64,000 nt of DNA, from IMG/VR virus record IMGVR_UViG_3300045988_180522, one strand, 5' to 3'. Origin of the DNA: a virus. The translations under genes and the position numbers were made by a program. The notes under the pieces were generated by a model, which was not told the DNA's origin, searched no databases, and saw nothing but the letters and a program-made list of their open reading frames with translations. How positions within the stretch are numbered: the stretch's first letter is position 1; each line of letters opens with the position of its first letter. Below, in pieces: positions 53,390-62,215 of the stretch.

Positions 53390-54418
53390 TCATATTACAT
53401 TAATGTTAGTAATTTCTCTTCTGTAATTATTTACATATGTGTCATAGGAATAGTTGAATATTCCTGTACTGATATGCCATCGGCATTCCCTATACAGCCG
53501 TACCCATCCCTTGTATACTGTGCCTTTATCGTCCACAAATCCGTTTGTATTCAGTGACATCCTGAAATCCCACTGTATAGGGCCGGGAGAGCTGGTATTA
53601 ATAGTGATGAAGGAGAATACAGGGTCTACAGTATATTCCCTGAAATCAGGATCCTTCTCTATAATACTCTTCAACCCTTGTACATACATGCAGGCCTGGA
53701 TGTAATACCCGTACCTGGTTACAGAGTCAGGGAAATATTCTTCCCATTTTCCTGTAGTTTTCAGGTCATAGATCTTTATGGTTTTCCTGATATGGTTGAC
53801 GATGATAAGGTCAGGCATAAATTTATACTCACCGACATGTTTCACATTGGCTATAAACTTCAGCTGGGTAAACATTTCTGTTTCTCCGTTGTTACTGCAA
53901 CGGGGATATACAGGGCTGTCAAGGAGTATCTCGGAAGCTCTCAGCAATGACTCATACTGATCTACTGACAGTATCTTCTTTCCCTCAGTCAGCAGGCTGT
54001 AATACTTCCCCGCAGACTTTACTATCTTATCCACCCTAGTGTCATCCTTCCAGTTAGTTTGATAGTCATGCATATTTGCAGCAGTGACAATAACCTGTTT
54101 CGGGATTGAATCCAGTGCTTTACCCGGAAAGGCATTGTGAATGGAATCTGCTATACTTTTAAGTTTGTCTCCCGGCATATCACAGTCGGCCAGGAAAGAA
54201 AAGTTCTTCCTGATGTATACAGGGCCTTCAAATACTATTCTGTCCATCAATGCCCCTCTCTCCAGATACCTGTCTGTATCCGTATCATGGTCAAGGTATT
54301 TCTTTATAGCCTGAGGTCCTTCCCTGTTGTAGGCACTGAGCATTGAATAGGATATCAGATCCATAGATCTGTATTCCTCATCTGTTATATTTTTTGACAG
54401 GTCTTTAAAGCTTTTCAT
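53390..54418 (-). CDS. PD-(D/E)xK superfamily nuclease (YqaJ/lambda-exo or Cas4-like recombination nuclease candidate)
   Basis: 342 aa; the core is ...[26 protein letters not shown] (PD ... D-L-K). Confidence 0.5.
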   Translation of the reverse strand: MKSFKDLSKNITDEEYRSMDLISYSMLSAYNREGPQAIKKYLDHDTDTDRYLERGALMDRIVFEGPVYIRKNFSFLADCDMPGDKLKSIADSIHNAFPGKALDSIPKQVIVTAANMHDYQTNWKDDTRVDKIVKSAGKYYSLLTEGKKILSVDQYESLLRASEILLDSPVYPRCSNNGETEMFTQLKFIANVKHVGEYKFMPDLIIVNHIRKTIKIYDLKTTGKWEEYFPDSVTRYGYYIQACMYVQGLKSIIEKDPDFREYTVDPVFSFITINTSSPGPIQWDFRMSLNTNGFVDDKGTVYKGWVRLYRECRWHISTGIFNYSYDTYVNNYRREITNINVI

Positions 54419-54633
54419 ACTAATTGTTTTAAAATGTGTTCAGCTCTGTCCAGGGCATCCATATCCACACTGATATGCAGATCAGGATTCCTGTTGAATT
54501 TCTCTCTGATCAGGCTGATAATATTGATTACGGTCTCATATTCCCTGTTTTTCAGGGAATCCACTGATGCTCTCAGGTAATTTACTGGCATTGACTGTAT
54601 CAGGCTGATGATTTTCCGTTCTTCTTCATTCAT
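54415..54633 (-). CDS. Small hypothetical protein
   Basis: 72 aa with ATGA overlaps on both sides. Confidence 0.3.
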   Translation of the reverse strand: MNEEERKIISLIQSMPVNYLRASVDSLKNREYETVINIISLIREKFNRNPDLHISVDMDALDRAEHILKQLV

Positions 54634-55124
54634 GTCTTCATTTTGTTTTTAATTTCTTCAATACACTTCTTCATGCTGTGTACCGTCGTTACTTCAAAAA
54701 ACCTCACCTCCAGGCCCTGATGGTCTGATTTGTTCAGGTAATCTATAAACAGTTTTCTCTTTACAGGGTATACATCATTCCTGAATCCTTTTACCTCTAT
54801 AATATCCAGAACATTACCATGCCTGTATACAAAATCAGGGGTATATGTAAGGTCACGGAGTTTCCTGATATCAGGCTGAAAGACAGCTGCCTGTCCTCTT
54901 CTGCTGTATGTACTCCATACCTGTACATTATCAGGGTAGTCCCCTTTCATGAGTATTATCTTTTCAGGCTCATACTCCAGTCTTATTCCTTCTCTCAGGG
55001 CATACCTGTACATATTCAGTTCAGCCTTCGACTTAAACTGTATACCATCGAAGAATCCGGGGGTGGCATTTTTAATCTTCCTGTTCTTATCAGAATGGGA
55101 GATCGTCTGTTTCTTCTTCATCAT
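54630..55124 (-). CDS. T7 endonuclease I-like Holliday junction resolvase
   Basis: 164 aa; YTPDFVYRHGNVLDIIEVKG matches the T7 gp3 signature YTPDF....EVKG. Confidence 0.6.
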   Translation of the reverse strand: MMKKKQTISHSDKNRKIKNATPGFFDGIQFKSKAELNMYRYALREGIRLEYEPEKIILMKGDYPDNVQVWSTYSRRGQAAVFQPDIRKLRDLTYTPDFVYRHGNVLDIIEVKGFRNDVYPVKRKLFIDYLNKSDHQGLEVRFFEVTTVHSMKKCIEEIKNKMKT

Positions 55125-55803
55125 ATTCAGGTAATAACCATTTGAATTCAGTCCCCATATTCTCCTTCATGAACCTGTTTATCCTGGCAAACGGATCATC
55201 TGTCATTCTGGTATTACTACGGGCAAAATAAGCAGGATGTTCACATTTCAGTATACATGCCGCATTCTGCACTGCCGGAATGAAGGAGGCTGCCTGAGCC
55301 CCGAAGAACAGCCATATTACATCTGTTCTGTCGGAAGAAAACATTCTGATAAAGGTATCTGTAAATTCCCTCCAGGCAGCCTGATGGCTACCCGGGGAAT
55401 TTACCTTTACAGTAAGGGCTGAATTTATCATCAGTATTCCCTGAGACACCCATGACTCAAGAGTGGGATCGAATCTGGCTTCATCAGAAGGCCTGTAAGA
55501 AGAGATCTCAGGATGCAGGATACATTCCTTCAGTATCTTTAAAGAAGGACTTAAATCTTCGGATTTGGTACCTTCTTTATTGCCGAACAATATTCCCGTA
55601 GCTACTCCTTTTTGAGGGTAGGGATCCTGTCCCACTATAACAAGCCAGGTCCTGGAGGGGTCTGTAAGATGAAAGGCACGGAATACCTTATCTATTTCCG
55701 GACACATATTATCTGTATCCTTATCTATAGATGTGAGGGTATTCATGAGCACCTGTTCATTCATATAGACTCCCCATTTACCTAATAATTCATTTTTGAT
55801 CAT
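55090..55803 (-). CDS. ung: Uracil-DNA glycosylase, family 1-like
   Basis: FRAFHLT...[22 protein letters not shown] corresponds to [36 protein letters not shown] corresponds to the water-activating loop GVLLLNAVLTV; and ...LFFGAQAA...LKCEHPA corresponds to HPSP. Confidence 0.85.
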   Translation of the reverse strand: [237 protein letters not shown]

Positions 55804-56365
55804 ACAATTGATTGATTATAACATTATAATTCTTACTGAGATACGCAGTTACAAACTGATCTGCATTCTCCAGAGCCTTCATCTTTACTGAAGGGGTCAC
55901 AACAGTATACTGTTCCTTATCGACAGCCTTTACAGAAAGAGTAGTATAGACGGAATGGATAGTGTATTCTAACGATACAGCTGTATTTATCAGTCTTGTC
56001 ATATCTGCTTTTGATAATACAGGAGCATCATAATTTATATAAATCTCTTTTTTATCAATAAAGACAGAGAGGATGACCTCCTTGTCATATATAGCTGTCC
56101 CTGCTATACACAGCATATTGGATCCTTTATACTGTAGTATGTATGGACTATTCCTACTACTACTTATAGTGTGTATAGCCTCCTTCAGAGATTTTGCCAC
56201 CATTATACGATCTATACATGGAATGTAGTACTTACCTTCATTGTTACCGACCTGTATCAGGTAATCATGCATATCGTTATTATTCGCATGATATACACGT
56301 ATTAGTGGAGAGGTGTTACAGTAAGCTCCATCCAGTATATTGCTTAATGTATACATTTCCATCAT
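55790..56365 (-). CDS. Hypothetical protein within the Ubl-cassette operon
   Basis: 191 aa with ATGA overlaps on both sides. Confidence 0.35.
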   Translation of the reverse strand: MMEMYTLSNILDGAYCNTSPLIRVYHANNNDMHDYLIQVGNNEGKYYIPCIDRIMVAKSLKEAIHTISSSRNSPYILQYKGSNMLCIAGTAIYDKEVILSVFIDKKEIYINYDAPVLSKADMTRLINTAVSLEYTIHSVYTTLSVKAVDKEQYTVVTPSVKMKALENADQFVTAYLSKNYNVIINQLYDQK

Positions 56366-57057
56366 TCGATAAATTTAGTGGTCATCAAAGGACCGTGATA
56401 CTCCATAAAGAAGGGGGCATATCTTTCCGACTGCATGTATACCTGACACAGCTTGTTGACAAATACATTGGCTATCATTCCTCCTATCTGCATAGCCATA
56501 AATGCAGTCTGTTTATAGGAGCAGATCTGTTCCTCAGCCTCTGCATCACTGAAAAGATACTGCTCTTCATATCTTTCCATATTCTCCTTCTCACTGCTTT
56601 CCATACATATAATCTGATACATTTCGGCACTTAGTCTGCCATCTATAAACACAGACTTACTTTTGCTATCAACATTACGTTTCCAGGCTTCATAAACTTC
56701 CCTTCTTGATTCCATATTATCAAGGCATGATATAACATGTCCTGAGAATACTTTGTTCCTGGTTACCCTCTCCCTGTAGCATCCTGTCCATGGTATAACC
56801 CTGAATGCCTCCAATACTCTCTTCATAGATACAGCCTTACTTTGTCCTATAAGACTATCGAAATACATCTGTCCGGCCATATTCTCAGGAGAAACTACAT
56901 CGGGGTCTATAAGATTCATACTCTTTACACCGAGCTTTCCTATAGCAAAAGAGGTCCAGCTTCCTATACCTCCGAGTCCTACAATATTCGCATGTTGGTA
57001 TTTTAACATTTCGAACCATACAGCCCCGGAGAATCTTTGTGTACAATTTTCATTCAT
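56362..57057 (-). CDS. E1-like enzyme (ThiF/MoeB/HesA family, minimal adenylation domain)
   Basis: ANIVGLGGIGSWTSFAIGKLGVKSMNLIDPDVVSPENMAGQMYF is a Rossmann GxGxxG followed by the ..D.D.V..SN..RQ pattern of E1 and ThiF proteins. Confidence 0.75.
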   Translation of the reverse strand: MNENCTQRFSGAVWFEMLKYQHANIVGLGGIGSWTSFAIGKLGVKSMNLIDPDVVSPENMAGQMYFDSLIGQSKAVSMKRVLEAFRVIPWTGCYRERVTRNKVFSGHVISCLDNMESRREVYEAWKRNVDSKSKSVFIDGRLSAEMYQIICMESSEKENMERYEEQYLFSDAEAEEQICSYKQTAFMAMQIGGMIANVFVNKLCQVYMQSERYAPFFMEYHGPLMTTKFIE

Positions 57058-58070
57058 AATGTCTTCAATTTACTTTCAACTAATTCAAGGATAGGATCCA
57101 GACTGTCATCCTCATAATCACATATATACCTGATTACCTTTTCCAGGATCTCCTTCTTCTTATACTTAGGATCTATATCCTCCCACATCCTGTAGTACGG
57201 CGGATTACTGTCGGCCTCATCGATAAGTTCGGATACTATACTGTCTACATTATCCAGACGCAGGAATCCGGATAATACCTTACATACTCCTGTATCAATG
57301 TCATTGTTCTGGCAGGAAGCTCTTTGTATAATACCCTGTGATATATCGGTGCTTTTCATATAAGCTGAGGGCCGGTATGGTATAATACTCTTATAGTCCC
57401 GATGTTCAGAAAGCCAGTCTCTGTTTGCTGTCATACATGGTGCCTTACGTCTTGATATTTCCCTTGCCGTAGATAAGGGAGATTCAGGGAATTTAAGGAA
57501 GGATTTCGGATATTTTACATCCAGTGAGTAAGTCTCTATCTGAGTAGAGGTAAACTTCTTCTCACCTGTATATATGGTATTTCCGTCAGGATCTGTGTAT
57601 GATCCTTTCAAAGTACCATTATAAACTACTTTCCTTGTTATTCTGGCCTCGTAGGTATGACTTGAATCTACCACCAGTGACAGGAACCAGTTCTTTTCCT
57701 TCCCTTCACTTGCCAGGGTCTGCATATCTTCCCCTGAGAAGAAAGCCCCCATGCGGTGATGTGAGTGTATGAGCCCTATACTGCTGCCCTCAAGTTCATT
57801 ATCAGATATGAAAGCTGCTATGTACCTGTTAACATCATTACTGTCATATTGAGTATGTACGGATGTTCCTATATCAAGTATGAGAATATCCTTTACTACA
57901 GCGGAAATCTTTCCTTTTCTGTCTTTAATACTGTAAAACAAAACTCCTGACCACTCAGTGTCAGGAAGTTCGAAGATAGCCCAATCTATCTTATTCTGAA
58001 TGTCCCTGGGAATTTCTATATTTCCTATATTTCTCAGGGATTGCTCGTTCTGATGTATATTTTTCTGCAT
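57054..58070 (-). CDS. JAB/MPN+ (JAMM) metallopeptidase with a ~190-aa C-terminal extension
   Basis: Perfect JAMM motif in GLIHSHHRMGAFFSGEDMQ (H-x-H-x7-S-x2-D) with an upstream Glu in FELPDTEWSG. The start overlaps the 3' end of the E2-like gene by 80 nt. Confidence 0.8.
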   Translation of the reverse strand: MQKNIHQNEQSLRNIGNIEIPRDIQNKIDWAIFELPDTEWSGVLFYSIKDRKGKISAVVKDILILDIGTSVHTQYDSNDVNRYIAAFISDNELEGSSIGLIHSHHRMGAFFSGEDMQTLASEGKEKNWFLSLVVDSSHTYEARITRKVVYNGTLKGSYTDPDGNTIYTGEKKFTSTQIETYSLDVKYPKSFLKFPESPLSTAREISRRKAPCMTANRDWLSEHRDYKSIIPYRPSAYMKSTDISQGIIQRASCQNNDIDTGVCKVLSGFLRLDNVDSIVSELIDEADSNPPYYRMWEDIDPKYKKKEILEKVIRYICDYEDDSLDPILELVESKLKTL

Positions 58071-59112
58071 AAGCGGTTAATAAAGATTCAACAATATCGA
58101 CGAATACACTATACACCTTTGGTTGTATAAAGTATCGGAAATCGGGAATAATATCATCTTTCGGTTCTACACGGAGTCTTACAGGACTGCCTTTAAACAT
58201 GAACAGTATACGTTCAATATCCGGGTCAATGTCAGTTATTTCAGGTGCATTATACCTATATATATATCCGAAACTATCCTGAAATCCTCTATATAAGGGT
58301 ATATCCAAGTAACAGTCCTCAGCTAAATCTGATAATATAACTGCCAGTTCTTCCGGTGTATAACTGAGCTTTACCCTTCCGTCACATTCTGCAAGCTTTA
58401 TATTACCTGATACCAGAAAGGTTTTTACAAGATACTTTATATCCGGTATACTTACAGATACGTTACTTGTATCCGAATACTGTGTATATATAAGTCTGTC
58501 GGACTTTTCTATATTCAGATCTGCCATATACTGATAGGGGCCTCCGGATACAGACTCCACATGTATGTACTGATCCAGTAATACAGGAAGAGTCTCTGTA
58601 AATCCAGGTTCCCATATAGATTTCATAGTACTTATTACAGTACTCAGGGCTGTTTTCCCAAGACAACATGTCCTAAATGCCCCTGACAGGTCTAAGTTAC
58701 TGTGACAATGTGAATGGATATACCCTCTGCATGCCTCGATATATGAGTAGGTACCTCTGTTCATTCTTATGCCTTCTACGGACAGCATAAGGTTGTTAAA
58801 TGTAAGTTTGATATACAGATCCTTTATAGTATGCGTTTCTTCTACTTCATTCTGTATAATAACCTCCGGGCGGTATATAATAATTGTAAATGCTGGTGTG
58901 TTCAAACCTTCGCTATGTCTACTCAGTATCTCGTTTATGGCATCATCGAATGTGTCACATTTCTGTATAATATCTTCATACATAGAAAGTAATTTTATCC
59001 TTTCAGAACAGACATCCTCATCTACATACTCCTCCCCGAAATAATCATTAAAGGAGGAGAGGAGGCTATCGAATCTCCGATATACCTCCTCAATGGCCTC
59101 ATCTACTGTCAT
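57991..59112 (-). CDS. UBC/E2-like protein with N- and C-terminal extensions
   Basis: Central segment YIHSHCHSNLDLSGAFRTCCLGKTALSTVISTMKSIWEPGFTETLPVL set against the UBC signature HPNI...G.ICLDIL...WSPALTISKVLL: an HxN motif, a Cys 10-11 residues downstream, then W.P. Confidence 0.55.
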   Translation of the reverse strand: MTVDEAIEEVYRRFDSLLSSFNDYFGEEYVDEDVCSERIKLLSMYEDIIQKCDTFDDAINEILSRHSEGLNTPAFTIIIYRPEVIIQNEVEETHTIKDLYIKLTFNNLMLSVEGIRMNRGTYSYIEACRGYIHSHCHSNLDLSGAFRTCCLGKTALSTVISTMKSIWEPGFTETLPVLLDQYIHVESVSGGPYQYMADLNIEKSDRLIYTQYSDTSNVSVSIPDIKYLVKTFLVSGNIKLAECDGRVKLSYTPEELAVILSDLAEDCYLDIPLYRGFQDSFGYIYRYNAPEITDIDPDIERILFMFKGSPVRLRVEPKDDIIPDFRYFIQPKVYSVFVDIVESLLTAYAEKYTSERAIPEKYRKYRNSQGHSE

Positions 59113-59792
59113 CTCAGGTACTTAAGTTCTTCCTTCAATTCTGACAGAAGGTTTTCGGTTTCATTCTTCCTGACAGATCCCTCCCTGATACTATTAATGT
59201 CAGTATCACTCAGGATTCCCTTATTATACAGGCAATTCAGCAGGCTATCCAGTCTGGCTGCGGACCATACAGATTCTGTACCACAGGGTTCCGGCTTATT
59301 TTCTTCCTCTTTGTCCTTCTCCATAGTATCATACACTGCCTCCAGGACCTCCTCCTTCTTATCCTGTACCTTTTTCTTATTACCTGATGTACGTTCCATT
59401 TTTGTTATGAAGGCTGTAAGGTTATCACTTGATACCTGTGTGTAATTCCTTCCAAATTCTTTTTTCACATCCTCCTGTAAACCTCTTGAGACAATCATTT
59501 GGTTAATTTCTTTTCTGGATAATGTTCCGGAAGATACTTTCTTGTTCGGAGTCATTAGGATAATAGACAATTCACGTGTAGGATTCCCACGGAACATCAC
59601 AGTGTCAGGAAGAAGGCTCTGGTCATCCGTAAGCATAGTTCTTGATCTTCCTTCATGGAATTCCTTACCACTATAATTGATTCCGGCATTATCCAGCTCC
59701 CTTTTCAGTTCTCCAAGGGTTCCTGCTGTACTTTCAATCTGTTTTGCCCAGCTAACTGTCTCATCTGTAATTCTGATAATTCTACTTTCCAT
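59109..59792 (-). CDS. Protein with an N-terminal ubiquitin-like (beta-grasp) domain candidate and a ~130-aa C-terminal extension
   Basis: The N-terminal 95 aa is MESRIIRITDETVSWAKQIESTAGTLGELKRELDNAGI...SIILMTPNKKVSSG. TLGELKRELDNAGI is set against the ubiquitin alpha1 DTIENVKAKIQDKEGI, and the domain would end near SSG. The protein does not end in GG. The call is by inference. Confidence 0.35.
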   Translation of the reverse strand: MESRIIRITDETVSWAKQIESTAGTLGELKRELDNAGINYSGKEFHEGRSRTMLTDDQSLLPDTVMFRGNPTRELSIILMTPNKKVSSGTLSRKEINQMIVSRGLQEDVKKEFGRNYTQVSSDNLTAFITKMERTSGNKKKVQDKKEEVLEAVYDTMEKDKEEENKPEPCGTESVWSAARLDSLLNCLYNKGILSDTDINSIREGSVRKNETENLLSELKEELKYLR

Positions 59793-59817
59793 AATCTGAT
59801 TGTTTTAATATTGATTG

Positions 59818-60849
59818 TTAAAATGGTATATCATCCGGGTCCTGGGGGAGTCCTATCATATCCCTGAGTACCCGGGTGGCCAGTTTCCTTCCATGATTTT
59901 TTGTAAGGTCACTGGGATCTTTTGATTTGTATAAAGACGGGATTTCTATCTGATGCAGGCTATATTCATCACACAGCTTCTCAGAGTACATCCTGCCGTA
60001 ATTGATTTCCTTATTGAAATCATTGTCGAACAGCACATGTATATTTTCGAACCTTTGTTTCAGTGAAGATATAACATGAGGCTTAGGGACATATCCTTCA
60101 CCTTGCAGACTTGTCGAGGGTATACCTGTGCAACACCATACACACATGGCATCCTTCCGTGAGGAAGTGATTACCAGATGGTTTCCTCTTTCAGGAAGCA
60201 GTGTCCACAGGTCCCATACAGACCTGTCATGCTTGCTTATCCATTTAAGATGGTCACTGAAAGGCTGGTAAATCTTAATGGTAGGATTTCCGTCCTTGAA
60301 TTCAACATATACATAGGCATATTTATCGGCAGGCATAGAAGTAGTCTTTCCTTCCCTGATAAAGAATATGGTGCTGATAGGATAGGTATTCGAGATATCC
60401 AGAAACCACTTATCCACTCCCTGCTTTTCCCAGAACTCATAGTCATAGGGCCTCCAGTCTCTGGTTTTCACCCTGACATCCGACCCCTGGTGTGACAGAG
60501 GGGATCCCTGTTTTCCGGAAACAGATCCTGACAATTTTTTTTTGTCAGGAACCCTCCTGATATCAGACAAATCCCTGCATAACCTCCTGAATGCCTCCTG
60601 TGCAGTACAGGCCCACATCAGGCTCAGGAGATCCAGTACCCTGCCTGAATCTCCTCTTGCCTGGTCTTTGAACCTGATATGCCCGTCCATACCCTGAAAG
60701 ATGCTCAGTGAGGGTTTCCTGTCAGGTCTGTACGGCGCATTTATTATACATGGAAGTTCCGTGATTCCCAGGTAATATGAGATTATCTGAAATTCACTTG
60801 CTATTCTGTATAGACTGTTAAGATCATCAGGACGGGCAGTCAGTATCAT
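59818..60849 (-). CDS. DnaG-like primase with a degenerate (Cys-less) zinc-binding domain and a TOPRIM-like region
   Basis: The N-terminus APYRPDRKPSLSIF...GHIRFKDQARGDSGRVLDLLSLMW..QEAFRRL is set against the CHC2 finger CPFH.EKTPSF...YHCFGCG.GGDVIDFVM..EA, with all four ligand positions substituted. A later VLFDNDFNKEG matches the TOPRIM DxD. Confidence 0.5.
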   Translation of the reverse strand: MILTARPDDLNSLYRIASEFQIISYYLGITELPCIINAPYRPDRKPSLSIFQGMDGHIRFKDQARGDSGRVLDLLSLMWACTAQEAFRRLCRDLSDIRRVPDKKKLSGSVSGKQGSPLSHQGSDVRVKTRDWRPYDYEFWEKQGVDKWFLDISNTYPISTIFFIREGKTTSMPADKYAYVYVEFKDGNPTIKIYQPFSDHLKWISKHDRSVWDLWTLLPERGNHLVITSSRKDAMCVWCCTGIPSTSLQGEGYVPKPHVISSLKQRFENIHVLFDNDFNKEINYGRMYSEKLCDEYSLHQIEIPSLYKSKDPSDLTKNHGRKLATRVLRDMIGLPQDPDDIPF

Positions 60850-60865
60850 ATTATGCTGTTTTTTT

Positions 60866-61729
60866 TTATTTTTTCACCCACTTTGATTTTACTTCTTCCA
60901 CTGTGGCGGCTTTTGTTTCAGGAGCCTTGAATGTGGTAGGAGTCTCTGTATATTCCTTAAACACTTCATCTCCGAACTCCACATTCTGGTACATTCCCGC
61001 TGCCTTACATCTGGTGATGTTATTCAGGATGAAAGAACAGTTACGGGCTGCTTTTCTGCCGAATTTAGCAGGGAAGAAAGTCTGATAGTTATTGTTGTTA
61101 CTGTCTTTCTGTACTCCGAACCACACCTTGGTACAGTTATCAGGGAACAGGGAAAGAGCTTCCACTACTTCTGAGACATCCCCGGAGAAATAGTCACCGA
61201 TTCTTTCCAGTTGCAGAAGTGCAGTTTCAGGATCTTCAATCTCCTTCCATTCCTTATCCTGCGTCATATACATACGGGAGGGCACATTCAGGTGGGTACG
61301 GATAAATTCCAGTAATGAATCCTCCCCTGAATAGGCCTGTCTTACCCCCTCAGGTGAGAAATTCATATTACCGGGGATAACACAGTTGTCATAGTCTTCC
61401 TGTGACAGCCATGCTGTTTCCCCGTAGGCATTTACGCACTGACACTTATTTCCGGCAGAATTGAGCCTTGCTGTATCCCTCAGGAAGAATTTCACAGGCA
61501 GGATATCCTCTACCCCTTCAATATCAGGCTTGGTATACAGGGTAATATTCACCCATCTCACACCATCCTTTTCCCCGGTATATACAGGTTCCTTATCAAC
61601 CTTCCACCCGAATTCCTTTTCCAGCTCGTCCTTTGAAGGATTTACCAGCAGCACCTTCACCGGAGCCACTCCGGTATATAACTTCCTTGATACAGATTCT
61701 TTCGACTCTTGTGCTTGTCCTATTTTCAT
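60866..61729 (-). CDS. Hypothetical replication-module protein (possible ssDNA-binding or annealing partner of the AAA_24 ATPase)
   Basis: 287 aa. Assigned from position only, between the primase and the AAA_24 ATPase. Confidence 0.3.
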   Translation of the reverse strand: MKIGQAQESKESVSRKLYTGVAPVKVLLVNPSKDELEKEFGWKVDKEPVYTGEKDGVRWVNITLYTKPDIEGVEDILPVKFFLRDTARLNSAGNKCQCVNAYGETAWLSQEDYDNCVIPGNMNFSPEGVRQAYSGEDSLLEFIRTHLNVPSRMYMTQDKEWKEIEDPETALLQLERIGDYFSGDVSEVVEALSLFPDNCTKVWFGVQKDSNNNNYQTFFPAKFGRKAARNCSFILNNITRCKAAGMYQNVEFGDEVFKEYTETPTTFKAPETKAATVEEVKSKWVKK

Positions 61730-61748
61730 ATCTTCTTACTTTAAACTG

Positions 61749-62156
61749 TTAGTCTATTCTGATCCATTTTGATGCTACTGTTTCTTCTGAAGCCTGTTCT
61801 TTTTCCCCTGCTTCCGGCTCCTCCTTACTATTTTCTGTTTCTTCTGCCGGGGCTTCCTCTTTACTTTGTTCCTGTGGCTCTCCTTCTGTTTTATTCTCCA
61901 CCTCCCGGGCCTGGGGAGTGGGTGTTTTAAGCATTTCGAAGATCAGGGCTTCTACTTCATCGGTAAATTCATTTCCTGCAAATGCAATAATGGCCTTGTT
62001 AATAGAATCCATGCTTTTGACTACTTCTTCTTTCTCTGCCATCAGATCTTCAATCTTTTTGTTCAGGGAATCAATTTTGCGGCATAGTGGTTTCAAACCT
62101 AAAATCATTCTCTTAACCTGGGCTTTCTTATAAATACCCATTTTCTTTTCTTCCAT
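61749..62156 (-). CDS. Small acidic coiled-coil protein
   Basis: 135 aa with an E-rich C-terminus. Confidence 0.35.
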   Translation of the reverse strand: MEEKKMGIYKKAQVKRMILGLKPLCRKIDSLNKKIEDLMAEKEEVVKSMDSINKAIIAFAGNEFTDEVEALIFEMLKTPTPQAREVENKTEGEPQEQSKEEAPAEETENSKEEPEAGEKEQASEETVASKWIRID

Positions 62157-62215
62157 AATTTAAAGCTTTAAATAATTAATAATAAATATATAACTCTGAG
62201 TTATCTGAGTACAGT

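Noticed and set aside
55790-59792. A free GG-terminated ubiquitin-like ORF in or near the cassette
   Set aside because: The C-termini of all ORFs in 54415..59792 end in KQLV, QLYDQK, TTKFIE, ESKLKTL, QGHSE and ELKYLR; none ends in Gly-Gly. The Ubl candidate is therefore proposed as an N-terminal domain requiring processing.
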